NCBI GenBank assembly: GCA_963752285.1
Contig: CAVVXN010000005.1
Coordinates: 448,001-512,000, forward strand
DNA length: 64,000 nt
Direction of reading: 5' to 3'
Source of the DNA: an uncultured Planctomycetota bacterium
GTDB taxonomy: Bacteria; Planctomycetota; PLA2; JAEUHO01
Each line of letters begins with the position of its first letter. Position 1 is the stretch's first letter. Positions 16,602 to 29,405 of the stretch are shown here, piece by piece. The notes beneath the pieces were generated by a model. It saw only the letters and a list, made by a program, of their open reading frames with translations. It ran no database searches and was not told the DNA's origin. A program made the position numbers and the translations under genes.

Positions 16602-18682
16602 CCCCGACGGAGCCGGGCACGCCGGGGCCGAAGCTCGAGTCGGCGCCGTTTCGGCTGACGACGGCGTTCCGCCTGTCGGACGACCAGTCGCACGCGGTGG
16701 ACGCGCTCGTGCGCGGACTCGCCGCGGAGAAACGGCACCAGGTGCTCCTCGGCGTCACCGGCTCGGGCAAGACGTTCACGATGGCGAACGTGATGGCGCG
16801 CGTCGCCCGCCCCACGCTGGTGCTCGCGCCCAACAAGACGCTCGCCGCGCAGCTCTTCGACGAGTTCCGCGAGCTCTTCCCCGAGAACGCCGTCGAGTAC
16901 TTCGTCTCCTTCTACGACTACTACCAGCCGGAGGCGTACCTCCCCTCGTCCGACCTCTACATCGAGAAGGACGCGAGCATCAACGACCGCATCGACCGGA
17001 TGCGGCACTCCGCGACGCGCGCGGCGCTGACGAGACGGGACGTCGTGGTGGTGGCGAGCGTCTCGTGCATCTACGGCCTCGGCTCCCCCGAGGAGTACCG
17101 TGACTTCCACGTCGAGCTCGAGGAAGGACAGTCGATCGACCGCGACCTCGTGCTCCGGCGCCTCGCGCGGATCCAGTACCACCGCGACGACTTCCAGCTC
17201 GGGCGGGGCGCGTTCCGGGTCCGGGGCGACGTGGTCGAGATCGGGCCGGCCGACCAGGACGACCGGGTCGTGCGCGTCGAGTGGTTCGGCGACGAGATCG
17301 AGCGCATCGAGGAGGTGGACACCCTGACCGGCGAGATCCTCGGGCGTCGTGCGAAGGCCGCCTTCTTCCCGTCCACGCACTACGTGCAGAGCGACGAGGC
17401 CCTCTCCCGCGCCATCGACGGCATCGAGGCCGAGCTCGACGAGCGCGTCGCCGCGTTCAAGGCGAAGGGCCGTCTCCTCGAGGCGGACCGGATCCTGAGA
17501 CGCACCCGGTACGACCTGGAGCTGCTCCGCGAGACGGGCTTCTGCCCCGGCATCGAGAACTACTCGCGCCACCTCGACGGCCGGCGGCCCGGGGAGCCGC
17601 CCGCGACGCTGCTCGACTACTTCCCCGAGGACTTCCTGCTCTTCGTGGACGAGAGCCACGTCGCGATCCCGCAGGTGGGGGGCATGTACTTCGGGGACCG
17701 GCGCCGGAAGGAGAACCTCGTCGAGTACGGCTTCCGGCTGCCCTGCGCCCTGGACAACCGGCCTCTGACCTTCGAGGAGTTCGAGGCGCGGGTGGGTCCG
17801 TCCGTCTACGTGTCGGCGACGCCGGGCGCGTTCGAGCGGGAGGCGGCCGGCGACGCGGTCGTCGAGCAGGTCATCCGCCCCACGGGCCTGGTCGATCCCG
17901 AGGTCGTCCTCCGACCGGCGCGGGGGCAGGTCGAGGACGTGCTCGGCGAGATCCGGGCGCGCGTCGCCGTGGGCGAACGGGTCCTCGTGGCGACCCTGAC
18001 GAAGCGGATGGCCGAGGAGCTGACCGAGCACCTCGGCGAGGTGGGCGTGCGGGCCCGGTACATGCACTCCGACATCACCACCCTCGAGCGCGCCGAGATC
18101 CTCCGGGACCTCCGGCTCGGAGTGTTCGACGTGCTGGTCGGCATCAACCTCCTCCGCGAGGGGCTCGACCTCCCGGAGGTCTCGCTGGTGGCGGTGCTCG
18201 ACGCCGACAAGGAGGGGTTCCTGCGTTCCGAGACCTCGCTGATCCAGGTGTCCGGCCGCGCGGCGCGAAACCTCAGGGGCACGGTGATCCTGTACGCCGA
18301 CCGCGAGACGGAGGCGATCCGTCGGGCGACCTCCGAGATGTCCCGCCGGCGCGAGATCCAGAGGCGGTTCAACGAGGAGCACGGGATCGAGCCGAGGACC
18401 GTGGTCCGCGCGGTCCGGGACACGGTGGGCCAGGTCTACGCCGACCGCGACTACGTGGACGTGAGCGCGCTCGCCGCCGAGCGCGAGGCGCTGCCGAAGA
18501 GCCGTCGCGGCCTCCTCGATCGGCGGACGCAGCTCGAGAAGGAGATGCGCGAGGCGGCGCAGGCGCTCCGCTTCGAGGACGCGGCGCGCCTCCGCGACGA
18601 GATGCGCCGCGTGGAGGCCCTCCTGCTCCGCGGCGCCGAGGCGGTCGAGGAGGAGGCGCCCGCAGAAGAACCCGCCCCGTAG
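16598..18682 (+). CDS. uvrB: Excinuclease ABC subunit B
   Basis: LLGVTGSGKT, YYQPEAY, DESH, GINLLREGLD.PEV, GRAARN, C-terminal FEDAARLRD; TTG start overlapping the upstream stop. Confidence 0.98.
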   Translation: MTPTEPGTPGPKLESAPFRLTTAFRLSDDQSHAVDALVRGLAAEKRHQVLLGVTGSGKTFTMANVMARVARPTLVLAPNKTLAAQLFDEFRELFPENAVEYFVSFYDYYQPEAYLPSSDLYIEKDASINDRIDRMRHSATRAALTRRDVVVVASVSCIYGLGSPEEYRDFHVELEEGQSIDRDLVLRRLARIQYHRDDFQLGRGAFRVRGDVVEIGPADQDDRVVRVEWFGDEIERIEEVDTLTGEILGRRAKAAFFPSTHYVQSDEALSRAIDGIEAELDERVAAFKAKGRLLEADRILRRTRYDLELLRETGFCPGIENYSRHLDGRRPGEPPATLLDYFPEDFLLFVDESHVAIPQVGGMYFGDRRRKENLVEYGFRLPCALDNRPLTFEEFEARVGPSVYVSATPGAFEREAAGDAVVEQVIRPTGLVDPEVVLRPARGQVEDVLGEIRARVAVGERVLVATLTKRMAEELTEHLGEVGVRARYMHSDITTLERAEILRDLRLGVFDVLVGINLLREGLDLPEVSLVAVLDADKEGFLRSETSLIQVSGRAARNLRGTVILYADRETEAIRRATSEMSRRREIQRRFNEEHGIEPRTVVRAVRDTVGQVYADRDYVDVSALAAEREALPKSRRGLLDRRTQLEKEMREAAQALRFEDAARLRDEMRRVEALLLRGAEAVEEEAPAEEPAP

Positions 18683-18742
18683 TCGGAGCGCGGTCCGGCT
18701 CGATTGCGGAGCGCTGGCCCTCGGGTAGGTTCATCCGCCGAC

Positions 18743-20119
18743 GTGGTCTTCAGCACGCCCTTCTTCGTGACCGTGTTCCTGCCGCTCGCACTCGGCGGGT
18801 ACTACCTCGTGGCCCGCTGGCCGCGGGTCCGACGCCTCGTGCTCGCGGGCGCGTCGGTCGTCTTCTACGGCTGGTGGGACCCGCGACTCGTCCCCCTGCT
18901 CGTGGGATCCGTCACCGTGACGTGGCTGGTGGCCCGCGCGTTCGCCCGATCGAAGCGGAGGGCTTGGTTGGCGCTCGGCGTGGCGGCGGGCCTCGGGACG
19001 CTCGCGTTCTTCAAGTACGCGGACTTCCTCGCCTCGAGCGTGCTCGCGCTCCTCGGGCGCGGTCCCTCGCACCTCGACATCGTGCTGCCCCTCGGCATCT
19101 CGTTCTTCACGTTCCAGCAGATCTCCTACCTCGTGGACCTCCGGCGCGGGCAGGCGCCGATCTACGGGTATCTCGACTGGTTCCTCTACGTGACGTACTT
19201 CCCCCAGCTCATCGCGGGGCCGATCGTCCGCCACGACGAGATCATCGACCAGTTCCGGCTCGACCCGCGCCGCGACGAAATGTGGGAGAACCTGGGCCGC
19301 GGCGCGGTCCTGTTCCTGCTCGGCCTCGCGAAGAAGGTGCTGCTGGCGGACCGACTCGCGCGGCTCGTGGACCCCCTCTACGCGGAGGCGCTCGGGGGCG
19401 GGTCGCTCGGGTTCGTGGGGGGCTGGGCGGCCGCGGGCGGCTTCCTCCTCCAGGTGTACTTCGACTTCTCCGGCTACTCCGACATGGCCGTCGGCATGGG
19501 CCGGATGTGCGGCTTCGACATCCCCCTGAACTTCGACGCGCCGCTCCGAGCCGCGTCGCTCACCGACTTCTGGCGTCGCTGGCACATGACGCTCTCCCGG
19601 TTCTTCCGCGACTACCTGTACATCCCGCTCGGAGGCAACCGGAAGGGGCGCCCGCGCCAGGCTGCGAACATCGTGGTGACCATGGTGCTCTGCGGGCTCT
19701 GGCACGGTGCGGGGTGGACGTACGTCGCGTGGGGGGGCACGCAGGGCGTCGGTCTCGCCCTGAACGTCGCGTGGCGGAAGGGGGGACGCTCGCTCGGCCC
19801 TGCGCTCGGCTGGGCGACGACCCTCGGCTACTTCGTGGCGACGATCGTCGTGTTCCGGGCCAGCACGTTCGTCGCGGCGGGGCGCATCCTCGCGTCGATG
19901 GCGGGGGTGTCGGGGCTCGGGGGGATCGACCCGGGGCTCGGGCGCTGGCTCGTCCTCGGCTGGATCCTCGCGCTCCTCGGCCCGACGAGCCAGGAGATCG
20001 CGCTCCAGCGCCTCGCGCCACGGCGCCTGGTGGCTGCCGCCGCGGGCGCGGCGGTCGCGTACCTCGTTCTGCTCCTCGGAGAGGGGTTCCACCCTGAGTT
20101 CATCTACTTCCAGTTCTGA
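18743..20119 (+). CDS. MBOAT-family O-acyltransferase (AlgI/DltB-like)
   Basis: LPLGISFFTFQ, FPQLIAGPIVR, YFDFSGYSDMA, FWRRWHMTLS..FRDYLYIPLGGN, GLWHGA, terminal EFIYFQF. Confidence 0.95.
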   Translation: MVFSTPFFVTVFLPLALGGYYLVARWPRVRRLVLAGASVVFYGWWDPRLVPLLVGSVTVTWLVARAFARSKRRAWLALGVAAGLGTLAFFKYADFLASSVLALLGRGPSHLDIVLPLGISFFTFQQISYLVDLRRGQAPIYGYLDWFLYVTYFPQLIAGPIVRHDEIIDQFRLDPRRDEMWENLGRGAVLFLLGLAKKVLLADRLARLVDPLYAEALGGGSLGFVGGWAAAGGFLLQVYFDFSGYSDMAVGMGRMCGFDIPLNFDAPLRAASLTDFWRRWHMTLSRFFRDYLYIPLGGNRKGRPRQAANIVVTMVLCGLWHGAGWTYVAWGGTQGVGLALNVAWRKGGRSLGPALGWATTLGYFVATIVVFRASTFVAAGRILASMAGVSGLGGIDPGLGRWLVLGWILALLGPTSQEIALQRLAPRRLVAAAAGAAVAYLVLLLGEGFHPEFIYFQF

Positions 20120-21176
20120 TCCCGCGACCCGCGCGGCCTGGCGGCGGTTCTTCCTCGCGCTCGTCGCCACGGCGCTCGGGCTGTGGACCCTCACGTGCCT
20201 GTTCATCGTCGTGATGGACCCGTTCGACGACCTGCCGTTCTCGCCGCGCTTCCAGCGGGCGCCGATCGAGGAGAACCAGCGCTACTCGTTCCCCGGCCTC
20301 GCGCGGAGCCCGCGGTTCGACAGCGCGGTCGTCGGCACGTCCACGTCCCGCCTCCTCCGGCCGGAGCAGCTCGACCGGCTCTTCGGCGCGCGCTTCGTGA
20401 ACCTCGCCATGAACAGCTCCGTCGCGTGGGAGCAGTACCGGATCCTCGGTGTGTTCCTCGACCACCACCCGGCGCCTCGCGTGGTCGTGATGGGGCTCGA
20501 CGACGACCGATGGCTCGCGCCCGGCACGACGCTCCCGCACTCGGTGCCCGAGTACCCCTTCCCGGAGTGGCTCTTCGACGACGATCCCTGGAACGACCTG
20601 CCCCACATGTTCGACACGTGGACGCTCGAGCGGGCGCGGCGGCAGCTGGTCGTCCTCCTGGGGATGCGGCGCCCGACGTACGGCTACGACGGCTACCGCT
20701 CGTTCCTGCCCGACTTCGGGACGTACGACCTCGAGAAGGCGGAGCGCCTCCTCCACGCGACTCCACAGCGGGGGGGAGAGCCGCGCGATCCGCCGATCGA
20801 CCTCTCGGAGGCGGAACGGCGGCGCCTCGTCTATCCTGCCGACGCCCTCCTCGAAAGGATCCTCGCCCGGCTCCCGACCCCGACCGAGCTCGTGCTCTTC
20901 TTCCCGCCCTACCACCATCTGCACCTCCCCGCGGAGGGTTCGCACGCGGCGGCCGTGCTCGAGGAGGGCAAACGCCGCGTCGCCGACCTCGCCCGGGGGC
21001 GACCGCGGACTCGCGTCGTGGACTTCATGATCTCCAGCCCGATCACCGAGCGGGACCAGAACTTCTGGGACCCGGTCCATCCGACCGAGGAGGTCGCGGC
21101 GCGCGTGGACCAGTCGCTCCGGGCGTCACGGGACGCCGCCGTCGGCGACGACGGCTACGTGCGGCGGGTGCCCTGA
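20094..21176 (+). CDS. MBOAT-associated membrane-anchored partner protein (possibly SGNH/DltD-like)
   Basis: Frame is open from CTG 20094 through an N-terminal TM helix; VVGTSTS, FVNLAM, FFPPYH, NFWDPVHP (DxxH) motifs. Confidence 0.75.
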   Translation: MSSSTSSSDPATRAAWRRFFLALVATALGLWTLTCLFIVVMDPFDDLPFSPRFQRAPIEENQRYSFPGLARSPRFDSAVVGTSTSRLLRPEQLDRLFGARFVNLAMNSSVAWEQYRILGVFLDHHPAPRVVVMGLDDDRWLAPGTTLPHSVPEYPFPEWLFDDDPWNDLPHMFDTWTLERARRQLVVLLGMRRPTYGYDGYRSFLPDFGTYDLEKAERLLHATPQRGGEPRDPPIDLSEAERRRLVYPADALLERILARLPTPTELVLFFPPYHHLHLPAEGSHAAAVLEEGKRRVADLARGRPRTRVVDFMISSPITERDQNFWDPVHPTEEVAARVDQSLRASRDAAVGDDGYVRRVP

Positions 21177-21187
21177 GGGGCGCGACG

Positions 21188-21898
21188 ATGCGATTCGTCG
21201 TCCAGATCGTGGCCCGCGCGCTCCTCCTGCTGCTCGCGCCGTTCTGCCGCACCCGGGGGACGCAGCGCGCCCTCGCTCGTCTCCAGACGGAGATCCGGTC
21301 CCAGCGCCGGGACCGGGGCGGGCGCCGCGCCGCCCGCCGCTACCGGGGCCGGAGGGGGCTTCTCCTGAACCTCGGGAGCGGGCAGCGGGGCCGGGAGGGG
21401 TGGGTGAACGTGGACCTCTCGCCGAAGGACGCCGACTGCCGGGTGGATCTCCGCGAGCGTCTGCCCTTCGACGACGCCTCGGCCCGGACGGTCTACACCG
21501 AGCACTTCCTCGAGCACCTCGACTACCCCCACGACGCGGAGCGCTTCCTCGCGGAGTGCCGCCGCGTCCTCGCGCCGGGCGGCACGATCCACGTCGGCGT
21601 CCCGGACACCGAGTGGCCGCTCCGCGCGTACGCCGGCGCCGACGACTCGTACTTCGAGTTCGTCGGAAGCGGCCTGCACCCCGCGTTCTGCCGGACGCGG
21701 CTCGACCACGTGAACTGGCACTTCCGCCAGGGCGGGGAGCACCGCCACGCGTTCGACACGGAGTCGCTGCTCGCCCTACTGGGGCGCGCCGGGTTCGTGG
21801 ACGTAGCCGCGCGCGGGTTCGACCCCGAGCTCGACAGCGAGAGCCGGCGGCGGGGCACGATCTACGCCGTCGCGACGCGCCCGGCCGAGCCCTCGTGA
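21188..21898 (+). CDS. Class I SAM-dependent methyltransferase domain protein
   Basis: LNLGSG..GW.NVD, DLRERLPF.D, EHFLEHL, ECRRVL.PGG...VPD. Confidence 0.85.
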   Translation: MRFVVQIVARALLLLLAPFCRTRGTQRALARLQTEIRSQRRDRGGRRAARRYRGRRGLLLNLGSGQRGREGWVNVDLSPKDADCRVDLRERLPFDDASARTVYTEHFLEHLDYPHDAERFLAECRRVLAPGGTIHVGVPDTEWPLRAYAGADDSYFEFVGSGLHPAFCRTRLDHVNWHFRQGGEHRHAFDTESLLALLGRAGFVDVAARGFDPELDSESRRRGTIYAVATRPAEPS

Positions 21899-21927
21899 CG
21901 GGACGCCCGTCGGGCGCCGCCGGGCGC

Positions 21928-22673
21928 TCAGGCGCGGCCCGCGAAGAGCGACTTCCGAACGTCCCGGTGGAGCTCCTGGATGAACGTGACCGGGATCTCC
22001 TTCGGACAGGCGGCCTCGCAGTCGTACGTGTTGGAGCAGGCTCCGAAGCCCTCCGCGTCCATGGCCGCCACCATGGACCGCGCCCGGTGGCGCCGCTCCG
22101 GCTGGCCCTGCGGCAGGTGGTGCATGTGCGCGACCTTCGCGGCCACGAAGAGCATCGCGGAGGCGTTCTTGCAGGCCGCGACGCAGGCGCCGCAGCCGAT
22201 GCACGCGGCGGCGTCCATCGCCGTCTCGGCCTCGTCCTTCGGCACGGGGATCAGGTTCGCGTCGGGCGCCCCTCCGGTGCGGACCGAGACGAAGCCGCCG
22301 GCCTGGATGATCCGGTCGAACGCCGACCGGTTGGTGGCGAGGTCCTTGATGACCGGGAACGCGCCCGCGCGCCACGGCTCGACGGTGACGGTGTCGCCGT
22401 CCCGGAACTTGCGCATGTGGAGCTGGCACACGGTCGTGCCGCGGTCGGGCCCGTGCGGGCGGCCGTTCACCATGAGCGAGCACATGCCGCAGATGCCCTC
22501 TCGGCAGTCGTGGTCGAAGGCGACGGGGTCCTTGCCCTCGACGAGCAGGCGCTCGTTCAGGACGTCCAGCATCTCGAGGAAGGACATGTCCGAGGAGATG
22601 TCCTGGACGGAGTAGACCTCGAACCGCCCCTCGGCGGTCGCGTCCTTCTGCCGCCAGATCCTGAGTGTGAACT

Positions 22674-22677
<4 letters not shown>
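21928..22677 (-). CDS. sdhB: Succinate dehydrogenase/fumarate reductase iron-sulfur subunit
   Basis: [40 protein letters not shown] overlap with sdhA. Confidence 0.96.
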
Positions 22678-24593
<1,916 letters not shown>

Positions 24594-24601
24594 GCCCTCC
24601 G

Positions 24602-25285
24602 TCACGGGTTCCCGACGACGTGGAGCAGGATCAACACGGGCATCGCGACGTTTCCGACCACGATGACGGCGGCGAGCCCGCGCCCCAGGGCGCGGGTGAA
24701 GCCCTGGTACTTCGGCGCGTTCCATCCCATGCTCTGGAAGACGCTCGAGATGCCGTGCTTCAGATGGAAGAAGAGCAGGATCATCGCGATCGCGTACGTC
24801 GCGGCGACCGCCGGCTGCTGGAAGCCGCGGACCACCATGCCGTACACGTCGTGGCGCCCGAGCGGGTCGTGGAGGGCGTACGCGGACGGGTCGGTCACCC
24901 CGAGGGTGAAGTGGAGCAGGTGGTACACGATGAAGGCGAAGACCACGAGCCCGGTCCAGATCATCGTCCGCGAGGCGAGCGTGGACTTGAGCGGGTGCTT
25001 CTCGACGTACGCGACGGGCCGTGCGCCCCAGTTCCGGAGCTGCAGACGGAGCACCGCCCAGACGTGGAGCACGAAGGCGACCAGCAATCCGCCGCGGAGC
25101 ACCCACAGGAGCGCGCCGAGGTGCTGGAGCTTCTCCGCGTACGAGTTCAGGGCATCGGGCCCGAGGAACACCTGCAGGTTGCCGAGCAGGTGGACGATCA
25201 CGAACAGGAGGAGCAGGAGCCCCGTGATCGCAGCGACGAACTTCGTCCCCACGGTCGAGCCGAGACCGCGCACCAGCCAACCCAT
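24602..25285 (-). CDS. sdhC: Succinate dehydrogenase cytochrome b subunit
   Basis: Five TM helices with His ligands (HLLGNL, LHV, HLLHF, HLKHG); ASRTM..TG; upstream of sdhA. Confidence 0.93.
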   Translation of the reverse strand: MGWLVRGLGSTVGTKFVAAITGLLLLLFVIVHLLGNLQVFLGPDALNSYAEKLQHLGALLWVLRGGLLVAFVLHVWAVLRLQLRNWGARPVAYVEKHPLKSTLASRTMIWTGLVVFAFIVYHLLHFTLGVTDPSAYALHDPLGRHDVYGMVVRGFQQPAVAATYAIAMILLFFHLKHGISSVFQSMGWNAPKYQGFTRALGRGLAAVIVVGNVAMPVLILLHVVGNP

Positions 25286-25336
25286 GGGCTTCTCCTAGCC
25301 GCCCGACCGGCTCGCGTGCTCGCGCGAGAGATCGGG

Positions 25337-26524
25337 CTAATCGACGCGCAGGACGAGCGCCGCAGCGGTGTCGCCGGCGGCGCATCCCGCGAAGAGGACG
25401 TGGCCGCCGCCGAGGAGGCGGGCCTCCGCGATGCCCTCGGCCACCAGCCGGGCGCCCGTGGGGCCCTGCGGGTGGCCGTAGATCAGCGAGCAGCCGTTGT
25501 TGTTGAACGACTCGGCCTCGATGCCCATCTCGCGGGCGAAGTACAGGTCGTTCACGGCGAACGGGTTGTGCGTCTTGATGACCTTGACGTCGCCGATCCC
25601 GATGCCGGCCGACGCGAGAGCGCGCTGCGCCGCCGGGACGACGGCCTTGGCCATGTAGCCCTTCTCGACGCGCGCCGTCCCCATCGAGAGCAGCCGCACG
25701 GGGGTATCGCCGTGGCTCCAGGCGCGGGCCTTCTCCTCCGTCGCGACGAGGAGGCCGGCGAAGCCGTCTGCCGGGTACGTCTGCGTGCCGAACGTGATCG
25801 TCCCGTCGGGAAGGACCGGCTTCAGGCGCTCGAGACCCTCCTTCGTGGTGGGGAACACGCCCTCGTCGGACGTCACGCTGGCGACCACCTTCTTGCCCCG
25901 CAGCACCTCGACGGGCGCGATCATGAACTCGTTCGGGAAGCCCGACGCGAGGCCCTCCTGATACTGCCGGTGGCGGTGCACGGTGAGCGCGTCCTGCGCC
26001 TCGCGGCCGATGCCGGCCTCGCGCGCGACGTTCTCGGCCGTCTGGATCATCGAGTTCCGGGCCCAGGGGTCGAACGAGAAGTTGTCCCAGACCCAGTCCT
26101 CGGCGTCCGCCTTCCCGCCCGGGGCGGAGGGGTCGGGGTACACGAGGTGGGGACCGTTGCTGCACTTGTCGGCGAGGACCACGAGCGTCGCGCCCGCGCC
26201 CCCCGCGTCGGTGGCCGCCGCGGCGTGGGCGATCGCCGCCGCCGAGGTGGCGCAGGCCTGGCTGATCATGGCGCCCGTCGCGCCCGGCGCGCCGACGAGC
26301 CCGGCCAGCCACGGCGCCCCGTAGAAGACGTGCTTCGAGGGGACCGTCCAGCCGAACACGACCGACTCGAGCTCCGCGGCCGCGATGCCCCGGTCCTGGA
26401 GCGCCTTCTTCGTGACCTCGCTCGCGAGGTGGATGGGGTGAGCCGACGCCAGCGACCCCTGCCACTTGCAGAACGGGGTGGACCACGCGCCCCGCGCGGG
26501 CACGAACGCCTTCTCGAATCGCAT
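25337..26524 (-). CDS. Thiolase-family protein
   Basis: [36 protein letters not shown]. Confidence 0.9.
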   Translation of the reverse strand: MRFEKAFVPARGAWSTPFCKWQGSLASAHPIHLASEVTKKALQDRGIAAAELESVVFGWTVPSKHVFYGAPWLAGLVGAPGATGAMISQACATSAAAIAHAAAATDAGGAGATLVVLADKCSNGPHLVYPDPSAPGGKADAEDWVWDNFSFDPWARNSMIQTAENVAREAGIGREAQDALTVHRHRQYQEGLASGFPNEFMIAPVEVLRGKKVVASVTSDEGVFPTTKEGLERLKPVLPDGTITFGTQTYPADGFAGLLVATEEKARAWSHGDTPVRLLSMGTARVEKGYMAKAVVPAAQRALASAGIGIGDVKVIKTHNPFAVNDLYFAREMGIEAESFNNNGCSLIYGHPQGPTGARLVAEGIAEARLLGGGHVLFAGCAAGDTAAALVLRVD

Positions 26525-26658
26525 CGTGGACCTCCGGAACCGAGGAGGCCGGATTCTAGCCCTCCACGGTGGTACCGCCCCGTCGTGCGCCGGAGCCGCC
26601 GGGCGGGTCCCACGGAGCGTCGGGCGACGGTCGCGCCGCGCGTGGCGCGGCGCGGGGC

Positions 26659-27243
26659 TCACGCGCCGGCGCCCGCCTCCCCGCTCCCCCCGAGCCCGAC
26701 GACCGGCGCGGGGACGCCCACGGCGCGGCGGCGGTCGATCTCGGCCACGATGCCGAGGTGGTGGCGCGTGTGCACGTGCGCGTACCGAACCCACTCCGTC
26801 GCGTCGAACGGGCCGAGCCGCGGATGGAGGATGCGCCCCTCGAGCGTCCCGAGCGCGCGCGCGCGCGGCCGCAGCTCCGCGTACGCGCGCTCGGACTGAC
26901 GCAACGCGTCGCGCAGCACCGCGCGGGGGGGGCGCGGTTCCGGGGCGAACGCCTCGGGCGTCTCCGCGCGTCCCCGGGGGATCCATCCCGTGACGAGCAC
27001 CATGCGCCCCGCGATGGAGGGGTGTCCCACACGAAGGATCGCCGGGTCGCGGCCCTCCTCGAGCATCGCGACGAAGTCCCGGACGCATTCGAGGGCCCGG
27101 GCCACGTGGCTCATGTGCTCGGCCGGAGACCAGGCGGACACCTCGTCCATGACGACGTGAAGGCGCTCATCGGGCCAGGCCACGACGCCGAGGGCGTCCG
27201 CGAGGTCCACCGCCAGCCGATCGATGTCCTTCTCGACGCTCAT
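26659..27243 (-). CDS. DinB-family protein
   Basis: WSPAEHMSHV, HPRLGP, HTRHH metal-ligand pattern; ATGA overlap with the upstream gene. Confidence 0.85.
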   Translation of the reverse strand: MSVEKDIDRLAVDLADALGVVAWPDERLHVVMDEVSAWSPAEHMSHVARALECVRDFVAMLEEGRDPAILRVGHPSIAGRMVLVTGWIPRGRAETPEAFAPEPRPPRAVLRDALRQSERAYAELRPRARALGTLEGRILHPRLGPFDATEWVRYAHVHTRHHLGIVAEIDRRRAVGVPAPVVGLGGSGEAGAGA

Positions 27244-28319
27244 CTTCCTTCGCCGGTACGCCTGTCTTCGGGCCTTCGCCACCCAGGATACGACAGGGCC
27301 TCGCGGGCCCGCCCGAGGGCTTCGTCGGCGCTCGTGGCGAGCTGTACGCCCGGCGCGTCGCGGGTCCACGTCGCGTGGAAGGCCGAGAGCTTCGAGGTCC
27401 GCCCGTCGAGGATCACGTGCGGTTGCCCCCGCAGGAGGCAGAAGAGGTGTCCGTGGAGGCGGTCGGTCACGACGACCCGGGCGCCGTCGAGGACGCGTTC
27501 GGCCGCGCGGACCCGTTCCCGCGCGACGGGTTCGTACGTGGCCTCGAGCCGCGCACGGAGCGCGCGCGGCGGGTCGAGGCGCCGGCGGAGGCGGCGCGAC
27601 CGCCGCGACAGACGGCGGTAGCCCGGCGTGCGCGTCGCGTCCGCCCAGTCGCGGACGACCACGTCCGCGGCGTCACGGGGTGGGAGGATGCGCGCTTCCG
27701 CGTCGTCGCGCGCGAGCCAGAGGATCCGGGCGGGCACGTCCAACGGGGCGGGTCGGAGGTCCAGGAACAGCGCGAGATCCGGGCAGAGCGGCGCGCCGAA
27801 GCCCAGGTCCTCGACGGCGGCTCGCCGGCTCGGCTCGTCGCGGACGAGGAGGCGCAGCGTCGGATGTCCCGAGACGACGGCCCGGGCCCGTGCGAGCGCC
27901 TCCTCGGTCTCGAAGTGGAGCGACTGCGGGAGCTGCACGAGCGGCCGGTCCCGCGTCGAGGCGAGCACGCGCTCGCGAAACGCCTCCCGCTCGGGCCACA
28001 CGTCTCCGAAGGAGCCGCCCCCGGCCAGCAGGACCGTGCCGTCCCTCCCGAGGGCGCGGGCGAGGTCGTCCTCGCGGTGGCACCGCGCCTCCGTGCGGTA
28101 GCTGGGGCTCGGGAGCCCGAGGGCCGCGAGCGCCCGGAGCGTACCGAGCCAGATCGCGGCGTCTCCGGGATTCGGGTACGCGGGGAAGTCCAGGAGCGCG
28201 GTCGCCGGCGGGCGCCCGAGCGTCTCCGAGAGGACGGCCAGGGCGTGGCGCCGCAGCGCGCCGACGATCGCGCGGTGGGAGCGGGCGGCCAGGCGCGCCG
28301 CGATCGCGATCCCCCTCAC
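27240..28319 (-). CDS. Polysaccharide pyruvyltransferase family protein (EpsO-like)
   Basis: DFPAYPNPGD.AIW.G, GGGSFGDVW, QLPQS, VRDE.S, CPDLA, TDRLHG. Confidence 0.9.
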   Translation of the reverse strand: MRGIAIAARLAARSHRAIVGALRRHALAVLSETLGRPPATALLDFPAYPNPGDAAIWLGTLRALAALGLPSPSYRTEARCHREDDLARALGRDGTVLLAGGGSFGDVWPEREAFRERVLASTRDRPLVQLPQSLHFETEEALARARAVVSGHPTLRLLVRDEPSRRAAVEDLGFGAPLCPDLALFLDLRPAPLDVPARILWLARDDAEARILPPRDAADVVVRDWADATRTPGYRRLSRRSRRLRRRLDPPRALRARLEATYEPVARERVRAAERVLDGARVVVTDRLHGHLFCLLRGQPHVILDGRTSKLSAFHATWTRDAPGVQLATSADEALGRAREALSYPGWRRPEDRRTGEGR

Positions 28320-29284
28320 CGGCCGGCGCCCGCGGGAGGCCGCGCTCCGCGCCACGCGCACGCGATCCACCAGAGGAGCGGACGCGCGCGCCAGGGACGC
28401 GTGCGCCACCACGCGGCGAAGTACGGCCGCGCCCGCGACCACATGCCCTGGCGCCAGTAGAACTTCGCGAACCGCCGGAACACGTGGGAGGGGCGCCGGA
28501 TCGAGCGCCGCTCCGCGGCCGAGAGGGCCCACCAGTGGCGATCGTGGACCTCGATCCACCACTGGTCCATCTCCTCCTTCTGACGCGAGAGCCGCGGCGT
28601 GCCGCCCGCGAACTCGTCGTCCGCGTACACCACGAGCACCTCCGAGAGCAGCATGGCCCGACGTCCGGAGGCGAGGAACCGAAAGAGGAAGTCGGTGTCC
28701 TCCTGGTACGGGATGGTCGCGTCGAAGCGGAGCGCGCGGGCCGCGTCGATCCGCAGCATCCACGTGCTCGGGGCCGCCCACGCGCCGTCGAACATCGCCT
28801 CGAGGGACGTGGGGGGGAGGAAGCCCTTGTGCGCGTGCATCGTGCAGAGCACCTCACCGTCTTCGGTCTCGAAGCGCGCGTCGCAGATCGAGATCGCGGC
28901 GTCGGGACGCGCGTCGAGCCCCTCCGCCTGACGGGAGAGACGCCCGGGGAGGCAGGTGTCGTCGCTGTCGAGGAAGGCCACGTAGCGACCGCGGGCGCGC
29001 TCGATCCCGACGTTCCGCGCGCTCGAGCACCCGCCGTTCTCCTTCTCGACGAGCACGACCCGCGCGTCGCTTCCCCACCGCGCGCGGACGTGCTCGGCGG
29101 TGCCGTCCGTCGAGCCGTCGTCCACGACGATCAGCTCGATGCGGACGCCCTCCTGCGCGAGCACGCTCTCGATCGCGCGGTCCACCAGGGCTCGGCGCTG
29201 ATACGTCGGCAGGACGACCGTCACGTCGGGCCGGCGGTCGTGGCCCGCTTCGTGACCGTCGGGGGGCTCGGGAGGATCGGACAT
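28316..29284 (-). CDS. Glycosyltransferase family 2
   Basis: VVLPTY, SVLAQ, VVDDGSTDGT, N.G.SSARN.G, FLDSDD, ED. Confidence 0.93.
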   Translation of the reverse strand: MSDPPEPPDGHEAGHDRRPDVTVVLPTYQRRALVDRAIESVLAQEGVRIELIVVDDGSTDGTAEHVRARWGSDARVVLVEKENGGCSSARNVGIERARGRYVAFLDSDDTCLPGRLSRQAEGLDARPDAAISICDARFETEDGEVLCTMHAHKGFLPPTSLEAMFDGAWAAPSTWMLRIDAARALRFDATIPYQEDTDFLFRFLASGRRAMLLSEVLVVYADDEFAGGTPRLSRQKEEMDQWWIEVHDRHWWALSAAERRSIRRPSHVFRRFAKFYWRQGMWSRARPYFAAWWRTRPWRARPLLWWIACAWRGARPPAGAGR

Positions 29285-29405
29285 CGGCGGACCTCGGCGG
29301 CGGGTCGCCAGCATACGCGCCCCGGGGCGCGCGCCGGCGCAATCCTCCGCGACCGGCAGCGCGGCCGGTAGCCTTCGCGTCTCCGACGGTCCCCGGGAGA
29401 AGCCC

